DNA from: an uncultured Bacilli bacterium
GTDB lineage: Bacteria; Bacillota_I; Bacilli_A; RF39; UBA660
DNA length: 64,000 nt
Assembly: GCA_934085825.1 (NCBI GenBank)
Contig: CAKOHR010000005.1
Location: 3,194-67,193 of the forward strand
Direction: 5' to 3'
This document shows positions 46,403 to 56,575 of this stretch, piece after piece. Numbering within the stretch: the stretch's first letter is position 1; each line of letters begins with the position of its first letter. Below the pieces are notes generated by a model. It saw only the letters and a program-made list of their open reading frames with translations. It did no database searches and was not told where the DNA came from. A program made the translations under genes and the position numbers.

Positions 46403-46422
46403 TAAAAAAGAAAGGAGGGCAA

Positions 46423-46782
46423 ATGAAAAATACTTTATTATTAAAAATAATTGCTGTAGTAATTGTTTTAATAGGAGTTGGATTTGGAATATACAAAAGC
46501 ATAACCAAAGAAAAAGATCTTGTTTTTGAAGCTACAATTAAAGATGTTGTAACTAGAGATAATAAATATACTATTTTAGTTGAAAAAAAAGACAAAGATA
46601 ATGTCATAGAATACGAATTTGAAATAGATAACAAAACTAAAATAATATATGAAAATAAAGAAGTTACATTAGATAAATTAAAAGCAAATCAACAAGTATC
46701 TATAACAGCAGAAGATGTAATGATGCCAAGTGATCCTGCTAAGTTAGCTAATGTTAAAAAAATAGTTATCTTAAAGGACTAA
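46423..46782 (+). CDS. Small membrane-anchored protein
   Basis: GGAGGG RBS. N-terminal TM helix LLLKIIAVVIVLIGVGFGIY. Confidence 0.5.
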   Translation: MKNTLLLKIIAVVIVLIGVGFGIYKSITKEKDLVFEATIKDVVTRDNKYTILVEKKDKDNVIEYEFEIDNKTKIIYENKEVTLDKLKANQQVSITAEDVMMPSDPAKLANVKKIVILKD

Positions 46783-46785
46783 AGA

Positions 46786-46812
46786 GAAAATAAGAAATTA
46801 TTTTCTTTTTTT
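46786..46812 (+). terminator. Rho-independent terminator
   Basis: GAAAATAA / TTATTTTC stem, GAAA loop, then T7. Confidence 0.6.
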
Positions 46813-46845
46813 AAAAAATTTTGCTATAATAAAATTGTGATTTAT

Positions 46846-47610
46846 ATGAATATAGAAATAAAAAAATATGACCAAGAAAATGCTAGTATTTGTAATGATT
46901 TATTAACAAAACTAATAAATGATGAAACAAAATATGATGAAAATTTAAAAAATAACATTATAATTAACAATTATTATAATAAATTAAATGAAAACTCAGT
47001 TATATATATAGCACTTATAAATAATAAAGTAATAGGATATATATATGGATATGTAACTGAAGATATTCTTGTTAAAGAAAAAGCAGCTAAATTAGATGCA
47101 TTATATGTTATAGAAGAATGTCGTGGTAATAAAATTGCTAGTAAATTAATTGAAAAATTTAAAAATTGGTGTTTTAGTAAAAATATAAAATACATCGAAG
47201 TAACAGCATGGAACGATAATATTGATGCTACTAAAATATATTTAAAACATGGTTTTGTTTCAAAGAAAACAATCTATATTTATGGATACCCAAAAAAACA
47301 ATATCAAAAGCTTGTGAGAGACAAAATACCTGAAATAATAAAAAACAATAATGAAACTCCAATAACTAGAACATTAAATAATAAAGAATATATAAAGGAA
47401 TTAGAAAAGAAATTATACGAAGAATATATTGAAGTATTAAGTGCTAAAGGTAATGATAAATTAGAAGAACTTGCAGATATGCTTGAAGTTATAACAGCAC
47501 TTGCAAATTCTGAAAATAAAACTTTAGATGATATTATTAAAATTGCAAATAACAAAAAGGATAAACGAGGAGCATTTAATGATAAAATTTATTTAGAGGG
47601 AACAAAATGA
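46846..47610 (+). CDS. GNAT N-acetyltransferase fused to a MazG-like (PRA-PH-type) NTP pyrophosphohydrolase domain
   Basis: GNAT motif A LYVIEECRGNKIASKLIEKF. The C-terminal half KLVRDKIPEII...EELADMLEVITALA is typical of the MazG-like all-alpha NTP-PPase family. Confidence 0.6.
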   Translation: MNIEIKKYDQENASICNDLLTKLINDETKYDENLKNNIIINNYYNKLNENSVIYIALINNKVIGYIYGYVTEDILVKEKAAKLDALYVIEECRGNKIASKLIEKFKNWCFSKNIKYIEVTAWNDNIDATKIYLKHGFVSKKTIYIYGYPKKQYQKLVRDKIPEIIKNNNETPITRTLNNKEYIKELEKKLYEEYIEVLSAKGNDKLEELADMLEVITALANSENKTLDDIIKIANNKKDKRGAFNDKIYLEGTK

Positions 47611-49097
47611 AACAATATAAAATAGATTATGAAATTTTAACTTTAGAAAAATTACAAAAAAGAATAGAGGGAATTATATCTAACACCGAAAATAAATTTA
47701 AAGTAACAAAACTAGAAAATATAGGATATACAACATGTGGATTTCCCATTGAACATTATTCCATAGGAAGAGGTCCGTTACATATAACTTATATGGGAGG
47801 GGCACATGGCAATGAAATAATAAGTGTAGATTTTGTTACTCAACTAATGAAAAATTTAGCTCTTGGCAATGATTTTAGTAATTTTGACCCCGAGGTTTTT
47901 ACAATAGACTTTATACCGGTTCAAAATCCTGAAGGATTTGCAGTTACAACATACGCTTTAGATAGCATAATGAAAAATATGAATATTGAAGAAATTGAAA
48001 GATTTAGTAAACACTATTGGCAATTACTAAAAATAGACGATCAAAATGTGCTAAAAATAAACAGACTATTAAAATTAATCAGTGAAGAAAACAAATTACA
48101 GATAGATCTTGATTCATTTTGGTTATATTTTCAAAATAAAGACATAACCAAAAAAGTAATATTAAATTATTTAACGGGAAAATATCCATTAGAAGTTAAT
48201 AAATTGGCCCTATTAATTGAAAAAACTTTGAATTTCGATATACCTAAAGATCGAAAACATACAGATGTGTTTAATAAAGTAACTCCAGAGTGTATTCCTG
48301 AGATAAGTGCTGCTCATAGTAAATTGAAAGAAAAAATCATAAAAATGTATACCAATAATGTATTTCCATACGGCACATTAGCTAATTTTTACGCTAATTC
48401 AAATGGTGTTAATTTAAATGATAATAATCCTGAGTACTATCAATTTATAAAAAATAAAATTAAAGAATATGGCAAAGTTTTAGGAAACTTGCGAGATAAT
48501 CATCTTACTAAAAGTATTACAGGTCCGATAGGTATGCCAAACCACAACATGAATGAAAATTTTAAATACGAAGCTGAAAATATTGCTATATTAAATTATT
48601 TGCATGAATTGGAACACAGTGGTGATAATATGGCTTTTTTTAATTGCCATGGAACTGGGGGACTATTATATATTTATCCGGTATTTGACAATGAAGTTGG
48701 TAATAAGATAATGCCTAGAGATTTTTCCTTTTTTATTAACAACAGACTTGCAACAGAGTACGTAAAAACAATTGGGGAAGTATATAAACAAGAAACAAAT
48801 ATTTTTGACCCCTATAAAACAATGGGACATCCCGAAAAAATAACAGGTGTAGGGGATTTACTTCGTCAAAAATACATTGCATCATTTATAGTTGAGTTAT
48901 CAAAAATGGGAGGCAATCCCATTGCCCCATATGGAGACAAAGAAGGTAACTACTATTTAACGATGATCAGTAATTTTAAAGCATTTAATAAAACTCTAGA
49001 AACTGTTTTAGAATTAAGGCATCTTTATGATATAGAATATGAAATGTCTTATGATGAATTTGGAAAGGTTCACTATAAAAAAAGTTTACGAAAGTAG
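47607..49097 (+). CDS. M14-like zinc carboxypeptidase / AstE-AspA-like protein
   Basis: GGAHGNEIISVDF (HxxE zinc motif). Overlaps the upstream gene by 4 nt. Confidence 0.45.
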   Translation: MKQYKIDYEILTLEKLQKRIEGIISNTENKFKVTKLENIGYTTCGFPIEHYSIGRGPLHITYMGGAHGNEIISVDFVTQLMKNLALGNDFSNFDPEVFTIDFIPVQNPEGFAVTTYALDSIMKNMNIEEIERFSKHYWQLLKIDDQNVLKINRLLKLISEENKLQIDLDSFWLYFQNKDITKKVILNYLTGKYPLEVNKLALLIEKTLNFDIPKDRKHTDVFNKVTPECIPEISAAHSKLKEKIIKMYTNNVFPYGTLANFYANSNGVNLNDNNPEYYQFIKNKIKEYGKVLGNLRDNHLTKSITGPIGMPNHNMNENFKYEAENIAILNYLHELEHSGDNMAFFNCHGTGGLLYIYPVFDNEVGNKIMPRDFSFFINNRLATEYVKTIGEVYKQETNIFDPYKTMGHPEKITGVGDLLRQKYIASFIVELSKMGGNPIAPYGDKEGNYYLTMISNFKAFNKTLETVLELRHLYDIEYEMSYDEFGKVHYKKSLRK

Positions 49098-49186
49098 TAA
49101 ATAGACTTATTTAGTGGCCTAAAAAAAGAACTTTACAACTTTAAAATTATTTGCTATAATTTATTCATAATAAAGGGCGTGATTGA

Positions 49187-50449
49187 ATGAAGATATCAAA
49201 TGAAGCGAAAGCAATCTTAGATAAACTATACAATCTTCGTGGTGAAGATAGTGTAATACTAAGCAAAATGAATAAAGAAAGAGAAGAAGCTATTGAAACT
49301 GGAGAAAGAACTAAAAACGAAAAAGAAGTTTTACTAGAAAAAATAGCAAAATTAACAAAAGAAGAAGAAACTCTTCAAGAAGAAGGAAATAAACTTACTT
49401 CTTTACTTAGCAACATTAATAGAGATGAATTTGCTAATGTTTTAGATCGTCTACAAATAGATTTTGATCCAGCTTCAATAAATGACAAAGTTAATAAAAT
49501 GCTTCCATCAACAATCGAAAAAGTTGTAGCGGAAAATAAATTAGCTAGTGAAGAACTTGAAAATGTTGAAGCAGAAATGAATAATGCAATAACCAAAGTT
49601 GAAGAATTAGGTATTAGAAAAGATGAAGCGTTGGCTAATCAAGCAAAACTTAATGAATACTTTTCACTTGCTTTGGAAGGTAATATTAATATTACCAGAG
49701 ATGCTATCACAAGTTTGTTAGAAAAATTTGACTTTAATGAAGATGAACAAAGAGAAGCCGCTAAAATATTAATGTTCCCAGAAGATGCATTATATGAATA
49801 TGATGGAATTTATAAAAGTCGTGACAAAGCAAGTAGAAAAACAATAACAGATGTTTTAGTTGAAGCAAAAAAAGAATCAAGCGCTGAGGCTAATGAAGTA
49901 AAGGTTGAAGAAACAAATTCTTCAGAAATTGAAGCAAGTTTAGAATCTCCATCAGCACTAGAGGATATATTTGATAAGGTTATTAGTGAAAATAATATTC
50001 CTGAGGTAGAAATATCTCAAGAAGAAACTCCAGTTCTTAATGAACAAGAGGAAAGCTCTGTAATACGAAATGTAACCGATGCAAAAACAGAAAAAGAAAA
50101 ATTAATTGATTTATTAACATCATTAGAAATAAATGCCAATATTTTAACTAATGAACAATTAGAAAAAATTCTAGCAAACTACGATGAAAATCAAATTAAA
50201 TCAAATATAAATGCATTAAAGGAATATAAAATAACACTTGACATTATAAATGAAAATCCTGAAATTCTTTATGACAAAGAATTAAAAGAAAAGTTAGAAA
50301 GATTACTAAATATTGGTAAAGAAGCACGCGATATTTGCCTAATGCCAAGTATCTTAGTTAAGTATGATTTAAAAGGTTTAAATAATACTATAAATGTATT
50401 ACAAATAAGTGGTTTAGATCCTAAAAAGGTTCCGTTAATGGCTTATTAG
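49187..50449 (+). CDS. Hypothetical coiled-coil protein with a C-terminal helical-repeat region
   Basis: TGCTATAAT extended -10 element upstream. N-terminal coiled coil, acidic linker, C-terminal L..xG-type helical repeats. Confidence 0.5.
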   Translation: MKISNEAKAILDKLYNLRGEDSVILSKMNKEREEAIETGERTKNEKEVLLEKIAKLTKEEETLQEEGNKLTSLLSNINRDEFANVLDRLQIDFDPASINDKVNKMLPSTIEKVVAENKLASEELENVEAEMNNAITKVEELGIRKDEALANQAKLNEYFSLALEGNINITRDAITSLLEKFDFNEDEQREAAKILMFPEDALYEYDGIYKSRDKASRKTITDVLVEAKKESSAEANEVKVEETNSSEIEASLESPSALEDIFDKVISENNIPEVEISQEETPVLNEQEESSVIRNVTDAKTEKEKLIDLLTSLEINANILTNEQLEKILANYDENQIKSNINALKEYKITLDIINENPEILYDKELKEKLERLLNIGKEARDICLMPSILVKYDLKGLNNTINVLQISGLDPKKVPLMAY

Positions 50450-50462
50450 AAAGGAGTATATT

Positions 50463-51125
50463 ATGAAATCATTTGAAGAAGTAAAAAATATATACGAAGA
50501 AGAAAAAAAAGAGTTTGATGAAGGTAAAGAACGTCCAGAAAAGTTCTTAATATCACTAGAGCTAGCAAATGATGAAAATAAAGCGTTATTAAAAGAATAT
50601 GGAATAAATTTAAAACCAAGTGATTGGATAGTTTTAACTATAGAACCTGAAATTCTAAAAAAAGCCATATTAAGAGCAAAAGATTTAGGTTTTTTAGAAG
50701 CATATATACAAACACCATCATTTTTAAAACAAGATGTGGATAAAGTTATAAAAAGAATAGGTGAGCTTGAACACTTAGGCATTCCTTATAAAAGTGAAAA
50801 AGGAAAATATCAATCATTCTTATTTAGCGAAAGGGGTTACAACTATATACTACAAAATAATGGTGTATCCCATGATATAACTCCCAGTATAATGGATATA
50901 GAATTAAAAGATTTAGCTGATAGAGTGATGGAAACTTTTGCGATTGAAGATAAAAAAGACGAAATCTATGCTAATTTAGCAAAAATAGAAAAAGAAGGTT
51001 TAGGATTAAAAGAAACTTTAGTAGAAACATTTAAATCCTATAGTGATAACCTTGAATATCTAAGCTCAAATATCGACACGATTATTGAAGCTAACAAAGA
51101 AGAAGTAAAAGGGAGAGTAGCATGA
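50463..51125 (+). CDS. Hypothetical helical-repeat protein
   Basis: AGGAG RBS. Repeats such as LLKEYGINLKPSDWIVLTIEPEIL and AKDLGFLEAYIQTPSFL. Confidence 0.5.
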   Translation: MKSFEEVKNIYEEEKKEFDEGKERPEKFLISLELANDENKALLKEYGINLKPSDWIVLTIEPEILKKAILRAKDLGFLEAYIQTPSFLKQDVDKVIKRIGELEHLGIPYKSEKGKYQSFLFSERGYNYILQNNGVSHDITPSIMDIELKDLADRVMETFAIEDKKDEIYANLAKIEKEGLGLKETLVETFKSYSDNLEYLSSNIDTIIEANKEEVKGRVA

Positions 51126-51409
51126 GTTTTTTAAAAGAATATGGGTTTTTAGATAATGATATTAGTGAATTTGAAAATAACACTCCAGATAAAATAAAAG
51201 AAGTTATTTCCAAACATGAAAGTTTAGTAAAAATAAATTTAGAATATTTAAAAAATCTAGGTATAGAAACATATAAAGAAATATTTATAAATTATCCAGA
51301 TATGTTTTTAATGGATGCTAGCAATTTTGAAGAAAGTTTTGCTAAATATGATAGAGAAGAATTAGTTACTAAATTAAATGCAAATTTTAAAATGGTAAAA
51401 TACTTATAA
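51122..51409 (+). CDS. Hypothetical small helical-repeat protein
   Basis: Overlaps the upstream gene by 4 nt. LKEYGFLDNDISEF and LKNLGIETYKEIFINYPDMFL. Confidence 0.5.
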   Translation: MSFLKEYGFLDNDISEFENNTPDKIKEVISKHESLVKINLEYLKNLGIETYKEIFINYPDMFLMDASNFEESFAKYDREELVTKLNANFKMVKYL

Positions 51410-51413
51410 AAAA

Positions 51414-51439
51414 AATCGCTTTATGCGATTATTTTTTTT
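51414..51439. terminator. Bidirectional terminator
   Basis: AATCGC / GCGATT stem, flanked by an A-run and T8. Confidence 0.7.
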
Positions 51440-52238
51440 GAATTCTATAAAGATTGATTTCTGGTTTATTAAAAAGTCTAAATTCTACTTTTGGGGCTCC
51501 AATTCCTCCTGAAATAAATAGTTTTGTATTATTTTCTTCAAAAATTCCACTTGTATACTTTTTAGAACCATTAGGTTTAATCAACCCGCCGTAAAAGGGC
51601 ATAGTTATTTGTCCATTTAAGGAATGCCCTGCAAGAATAATGTCAACATTTTCATTTTTTAATACTTCAAAATTATCTGGATAATGGGTAATAACTAAAT
51701 TAAGCGTAGTTTCTAAATTATCTTCTAGAGTGAGAGCTTTACTTACATTATCCAAATTTGTAATACCTGTAATCTTAATTGGCTTAACATCTTTATAAAA
51801 AATATAACTTGATTCATTATTTAAAATTTTAAAGTCTGCTTCATTCATGATAGTTTCAAAAGAATTAATATCATCATTATCCCCAATAACTGCATACTTG
51901 TATAAAGTACAAGTCATTTTTTTTAATAATTTTTGTAAATTTTTAATATCTTCATTACTTAAATTATTTTCTTTATATAATAAATCTCCAGTAAAAACAA
52001 TAATATCAGGAGCTAATTCATTAACCTTATTTGAAATTTTTTGGATTCTATCAATATCTTTACTATCCTTTATCAAAAAATCACTTATTTGCAGTATTTT
52101 AAAACCATTAAATGAATCAGTTAAGTCCTGAATTTCAATGTTTTTTGAGTTAATTTTATAGCCTTTTGGATTAATTAAAAATCCATCTATAATAATAATT
52201 GTTACTATTATGAATATCATTAAAAAAACTTTTTTCAT
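51429..52238 (-). CDS. Membrane-anchored metallophosphoesterase-like protein (YkuE-like) with degenerate metal-ligand motifs
   Basis: N-terminal TM helix. SDFL in place of the DxH motif, GDLL present, GDND in place of GNHD, GHSLNGQ in place of GHTHGGQ. Confidence 0.55.
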   Translation of the reverse strand: MKKVFLMIFIIVTIIIIDGFLINPKGYKINSKNIEIQDLTDSFNGFKILQISDFLIKDSKDIDRIQKISNKVNELAPDIIVFTGDLLYKENNLSNEDIKNLQKLLKKMTCTLYKYAVIGDNDDINSFETIMNEADFKILNNESSYIFYKDVKPIKITGITNLDNVSKALTLEDNLETTLNLVITHYPDNFEVLKNENVDIILAGHSLNGQITMPFYGGLIKPNGSKKYTSGIFEENNTKLFISGGIGAPKVEFRLFNKPEINLYRIQKK

Positions 52239-52299
52239 TATCTACCCCGATTTCTATATTTTAAATATAACATATTTAAAAATTATTATCAATTTAGAA

Positions 52300-52328
52300 T
52301 TGAAAAAAAACAAATAATATGGTAAACT
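52300..52328 (+). promoter_or_regulatory. Candidate promoter of the pilus-like cluster
   Basis: TTGAAA, 17-nt spacer, TAAACT with a TGn extension. Confidence 0.4.
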
Positions 52329-52350
52329 ATAGCATAGGTAGGTGGACTAA

Positions 52351-53115
52351 ATGAATAAATTGAAAAAAAAGGCTTTTATTGCTTTTTCTTCAATGTTTAT
52401 GCTAGCAAATGTAAATGCTGCAACGTGTGGATACGAAGAGAAAGCCAAGCTAAATAATGAAATAGCTAATGTAAAATCAAATTATGAAATTAAGGAAAGA
52501 ACAATGAGCAAAGATGAATACAGTATTTCGGATGCTCTACTTGGGACTGAGTACGAAGATTCATACGAGTCAACAACAGAATACATTCAAGTAAATATAT
52601 TAAATCTTACTGAAAATATGTATGTTGAAATATCGAATGATTACAATGATGAAGTTGCAGTTTATCAATATAGTGATACGCAAAATGGTAATATCTCATT
52701 TAATTGGCAAGAAATAGACGAATTAGTAACTTATACAATTAAAGTTTATGCCTCAGATAAAACTGGTTGTGAAGGAAGCGTTTTAAAAACTTTATATCAA
52801 GCCTTACCAAGATATAATGACTATTCAACATACGATATTTGTAAAAATATTCCTGACTACTACTTATGTCAAAGATATGTAACATATGAAGACGTTGGGT
52901 TTGATGTTTTTACAGAAAGAGTATTTAATGAAGTAGAAAAGAAGCTACAAAAAGAAGAACAACAAACAAAAGAAAATGAAAAATGGTACAAAAAAGTTCA
53001 AAACTTTGTTAAAGAACATAAAGTTCCATTCATCATCGGGGGAGTCGTATTGGTTGTCGCAGCTGGTGGAACCACATTTGTAATAATAAAAAAACGTAGG
53101 AGAAGTATAATATGA
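52351..53115 (+). CDS. Secreted protein with a C-terminal TM anchor and a basic tail
   Basis: Signal peptide ..SSMFMLANVNA. C-terminus FIIGGVVLVVAAGGTTFVII-KKRRRS with no LPxTG. Six Cys. Confidence 0.6.
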   Translation: MNKLKKKAFIAFSSMFMLANVNAATCGYEEKAKLNNEIANVKSNYEIKERTMSKDEYSISDALLGTEYEDSYESTTEYIQVNILNLTENMYVEISNDYNDEVAVYQYSDTQNGNISFNWQEIDELVTYTIKVYASDKTGCEGSVLKTLYQALPRYNDYSTYDICKNIPDYYLCQRYVTYEDVGFDVFTERVFNEVEKKLQKEEQQTKENEKWYKKVQNFVKEHKVPFIIGGVVLVVAAGGTTFVIIKKRRRSII

Positions 53116-56100
53116 AAAAGAATATAGGAAAAATATTAATAATTATGACATTAATGTTTAGTTTAGGAAACACTAATGTCAAAGCTAAAGCAATAGAAAA
53201 AAATGAACAATTTTCTAAAGAAATTGACAAACGATATACTGTAAATGGTATGACAATTGGATCAAAGAGTTTCAATCTTCTAGAATATACATTTACAGAT
53301 CCAACTGGAGAAAACTTTACAGGTTACTGTATGGACCCACATAAAGACTCAGCTAATGGATACAAAACTGATCGTATATTAGGGGATCCAACAAAATCTT
53401 TACAAGTTAGAGCTTTTGACCTTGGTATAATTGAAATAATGAAAAACGGTTATAACCAATATAACAAGAGTTATACATTCCAATTAAATGGTGCAAGCAA
53501 AACTGTAAGTGGAGATTCATTATATGCAGCAACTAGTATTGCCATTCGTACATATTCACTTGGTGTATTTGGTTATGGTGGAGACATCGACTACGGAAGA
53601 AGTGATTTAAGACAATACTTCATTAACGAAGCATCAGTTCATATCACCAGAGGTATTCAATGGGGATACTATGCAAGTTCTAAAGTAAATAATATAACAA
53701 AAACAAATTGTAGTGGTACTGAAGCAGAATTTAAAAAATGTTATGCAGATTCATTTATAAGAAATAAATTAAAAAATACATGGTATAACAGTTCTGTAGA
53801 CTTCGGTTATAAAAAATCAACTGAATCATATGATGTAATTTATGCAGCGCAATCACTATTCTATAAAGGAATTGATAAAGCCAATGAAGTTATGACTGGA
53901 AATGTTTCTAGTGCAACTATAAACACAAGTGTAAATGCATCACCAGCTGATAAAGAAATAAATGGAGATACAATTAATGAATATTACTATAGTGAATTGA
54001 GTTTTGAAAAGTTTAGTGCAACAAGTGGTACAATTAATAACGTTTCATTGACATGTCAAGATTGTGCTAAAAATGGTATAACTTTAGGAAGCCTTGAAGT
54101 ATATCATGATGGATTTGGATGGGAAACATTAAGTTCCAACACTAATATTTTAACTTACTTTACTGCTGAAAATGGTTTAATAAGTGGCAAATTACAACTA
54201 AGATTTAAAGTAACTAGAATTAAAGACAATGAAAATTGTAATTCAACTAGCTATAAAATAAATTATAATTATTCAGATCCAAGCTTAACATATACTGGTG
54301 CACTTTTAAAAACCAACAGTACTAGTAAACAAAGATTCTTTATCCTTCAAAAAGTAGGAGGTCAAGGAACAGGATCATTATCTGGTACAATAAAATGTGG
54401 CGTTAGTTGTGATACAGAATTACAATTACCTGTATGTAGTACTAATGAAGAAGATGCTGTTGCTAAAATAGATGGTCCTTCAAAAATTAAATCTTGCGTA
54501 ATAGATAATCAAGATGATGCTGGTAACTCATATCAATTCACATCTGAAGCTGGCGGAGTAGACAATGCATATTGTAAAGTTTACTGTAAAGAAGATTATG
54601 CAGAAATTAAGTTGAATCCGATAGTACAAAATGTAAAATGTGGTGGATACTTTAAATTAACGAGCAAAATAAATGGTACAAAAACATGTTACACAGGTGG
54701 AAATACCACAGATAAGAGTATTAACAAAGATCAATTTGTCAAAGATATAATTCAAGCTCAACAACAAATGATAGACAAATACAATGAATATTATAGATGG
54801 AAACAATCATTAAATTTCATTGAAGTTGAATCAAATAAATATAATAGCAAATCAGAAGGCGAATCTTGTTCAACTGATAAAGATGGTAATGAACATTGTC
54901 ATAGAACTTGCGACTCATATGCAGATTGTGATGGATACAATGTTGATATGACAGAAAGTTCAGGTGTTCGTGGATATACAATTAGTTGTAACAATACCAC
55001 TGGTGTATGTACATATGCTCAAGATAAAGTCTTAACAAATAGTTATGGCGAAGACGGTGGTAGAAGCGGAGCTTGCTACAACGGCAAATGTAGAGCTGGA
55101 AAAGAATCTACTTTAAAAAGTAATATTCAATCTAAAATTAATAGTGCTAAAAAAGAATTAGATACAGCAATTAAAGCTTATGAAAAAATAATAAACGATT
55201 ATAACTCATGTACAACAGCATGGACAAATGAGTTTGCTTTTGCTCAAAAAGTTAAATATTATTATGATGAAAATCGTGGTAAAAACAATGAAAATTATGC
55301 GCCATATTATGATTTATTAGATGATAAAGAAGATTTAAAATACTTAGAAAAATATGGTAATGAAAAAGTAGAAACTAAAATAAGTGTATGTACTGGTGCT
55401 ACAGATGAAGCATATAATTGCTTAAATAATGCTGAAAAAACATTTGACTTATCAATTGACAAAAACAAATTATCAACTTACAGTTATAACACATCTTATG
55501 GTGATGTATTTGAACATCTAAACTATATTAAATGTAGTGATAAATCATGTGCAGTAGATACAAAATCATATGTATCTAAAGCAACATTCGTTAAAAAAGA
55601 AGTAACAAAAGAACAAAATTACATAACACCAACAGCCTTCTATCAAATAGCAGCGAATGGTAAAGTAATAGCTTATGATGATTACAAATTTGATAAAATT
55701 CAACTAGAACCATTAGAAAATAAACTTCCAATATCAACAAGTTCAGTTGGAGGTGGAGTATTCAAATTGTTAGTTGAAAATCTTGGTGAATTCTATGGTG
55801 AAAAGAATGTTTATGGTAGATTAATAGATTTCAATCAAAAAAATGAAACAAAGAGTGTAGCTTATACAAAAGGTGTAGATACATTTAACGGTGAATATAC
55901 ATGCTATTATAAAAATACATGTAGACCAAAAGATTGTCCAAACTGTGACTTTGTTTGTGAAGGAGATGGCTGTGAATGGAAAGATTGTCCAACTTGCAAC
56001 TTCACATGTGAAAACTGTATTTTTAATCTAGGTGAATTAAATGTTAATGTTAAGACAATTACAACAACAAATGTAAATGCTGCTAACAGAACACATGGTT

Positions 56101-56564
56101 ATAACTGGATAACAACAAGCAGTATGGAATCTCTAAACTTGTTAACAAAGAAAGCAGCAACTACTATTTCAGAAATAGAAAGTGCAAACGAAATGATTTA
56201 TGACGATAAAACAACTGATGGATCAACACTTGCATTTAGTATTAAATTAACGCCAGACGTAATAAGTAAAATAACTAAATACAATAGTGATAATGAAGCT
56301 TCCGGAGGATATTTAAATAATTCATTAACATGTTATGACGCAACAATAGATGATAAAACTTATAAAAACATTTATTGTTATAGTGAACTAATTGATAAAC
56401 TAGTTGAAGAAAATGGTGATAATGTTACAGTACTTCCAAGCAGAGTAAATGATGAAGCTAGACGTCTTAATGATACAGAAAGTAGTGGTTACTGGACACT
56501 ATGGACAAATTATAAAATAGATAAAACAAGTGAATCCGTTATAGGCGGACCATCTTGGAAATAA
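53112..56564 (+). CDS. 1150-aa Cys-rich secreted protein (candidate adhesin or filament-associated protein)
   Basis: Signal peptide ILIIMTLMFSLGNTNVKAKA. Many Cys, including the tandem KDCPxCxFxCE mini-repeat at nt ~55917-56022. ATGA overlap with the upstream gene. Confidence 0.6.
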   Translation: MKKNIGKILIIMTLMFSLGNTNVKAKAIEKNEQFSKEIDKRYTVNGMTIGSKSFNLLEYTFTDPTGENFTGYCMDPHKDSANGYKTDRILGDPTKSLQVRAFDLGIIEIMKNGYNQYNKSYTFQLNGASKTVSGDSLYAATSIAIRTYSLGVFGYGGDIDYGRSDLRQYFINEASVHITRGIQWGYYASSKVNNITKTNCSGTEAEFKKCYADSFIRNKLKNTWYNSSVDFGYKKSTESYDVIYAAQSLFYKGIDKANEVMTGNVSSATINTSVNASPADKEINGDTINEYYYSELSFEKFSATSGTINNVSLTCQDCAKNGITLGSLEVYHDGFGWETLSSNTNILTYFTAENGLISGKLQLRFKVTRIKDNENCNSTSYKINYNYSDPSLTYTGALLKTNSTSKQRFFILQKVGGQGTGSLSGTIKCGVSCDTELQLPVCSTNEEDAVAKIDGPSKIKSCVIDNQDDAGNSYQFTSEAGGVDNAYCKVYCKEDYAEIKLNPIVQNVKCGGYFKLTSKINGTKTCYTGGNTTDKSINKDQFVKDIIQAQQQMIDKYNEYYRWKQSLNFIEVESNKYNSKSEGESCSTDKDGNEHCHRTCDSYADCDGYNVDMTESSGVRGYTISCNNTTGVCTYAQDKVLTNSYGEDGGRSGACYNGKCRAGKESTLKSNIQSKINSAKKELDTAIKAYEKIINDYNSCTTAWTNEFAFAQKVKYYYDENRGKNNENYAPYYDLLDDKEDLKYLEKYGNEKVETKISVCTGATDEAYNCLNNAEKTFDLSIDKNKLSTYSYNTSYGDVFEHLNYIKCSDKSCAVDTKSYVSKATFVKKEVTKEQNYITPTAFYQIAANGKVIAYDDYKFDKIQLEPLENKLPISTSSVGGGVFKLLVENLGEFYGEKNVYGRLIDFNQKNETKSVAYTKGVDTFNGEYTCYYKNTCRPKDCPNCDFVCEGDGCEWKDCPTCNFTCENCIFNLGELNVNVKTITTTNVNAANRTHGYNWITTSSMESLNLLTKKAATTISEIESANEMIYDDKTTDGSTLAFSIKLTPDVISKITKYNSDNEASGGYLNNSLTCYDATIDDKTYKNIYCYSELIDKLVEENGDNVTVLPSRVNDEARRLNDTESSGYWTLWTNYKIDKTSESVIGGPSWK

Positions 56565-56575
56565 GGGGTGACTAA

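Noticed and set aside
53321-53555. A thioester (TQXA/TED) adhesin domain in the 1150-aa protein. YCMD resembles the [YF]C.[DNE] Cys motif and AATSIAIR resembles TQxA(I/V)W.
   Set aside because: The essential Gln is replaced by Ser and the Trp by Arg. The Cys-to-motif spacing (~70 aa) is about half of what I recall for thioester domains. This is not claimed.
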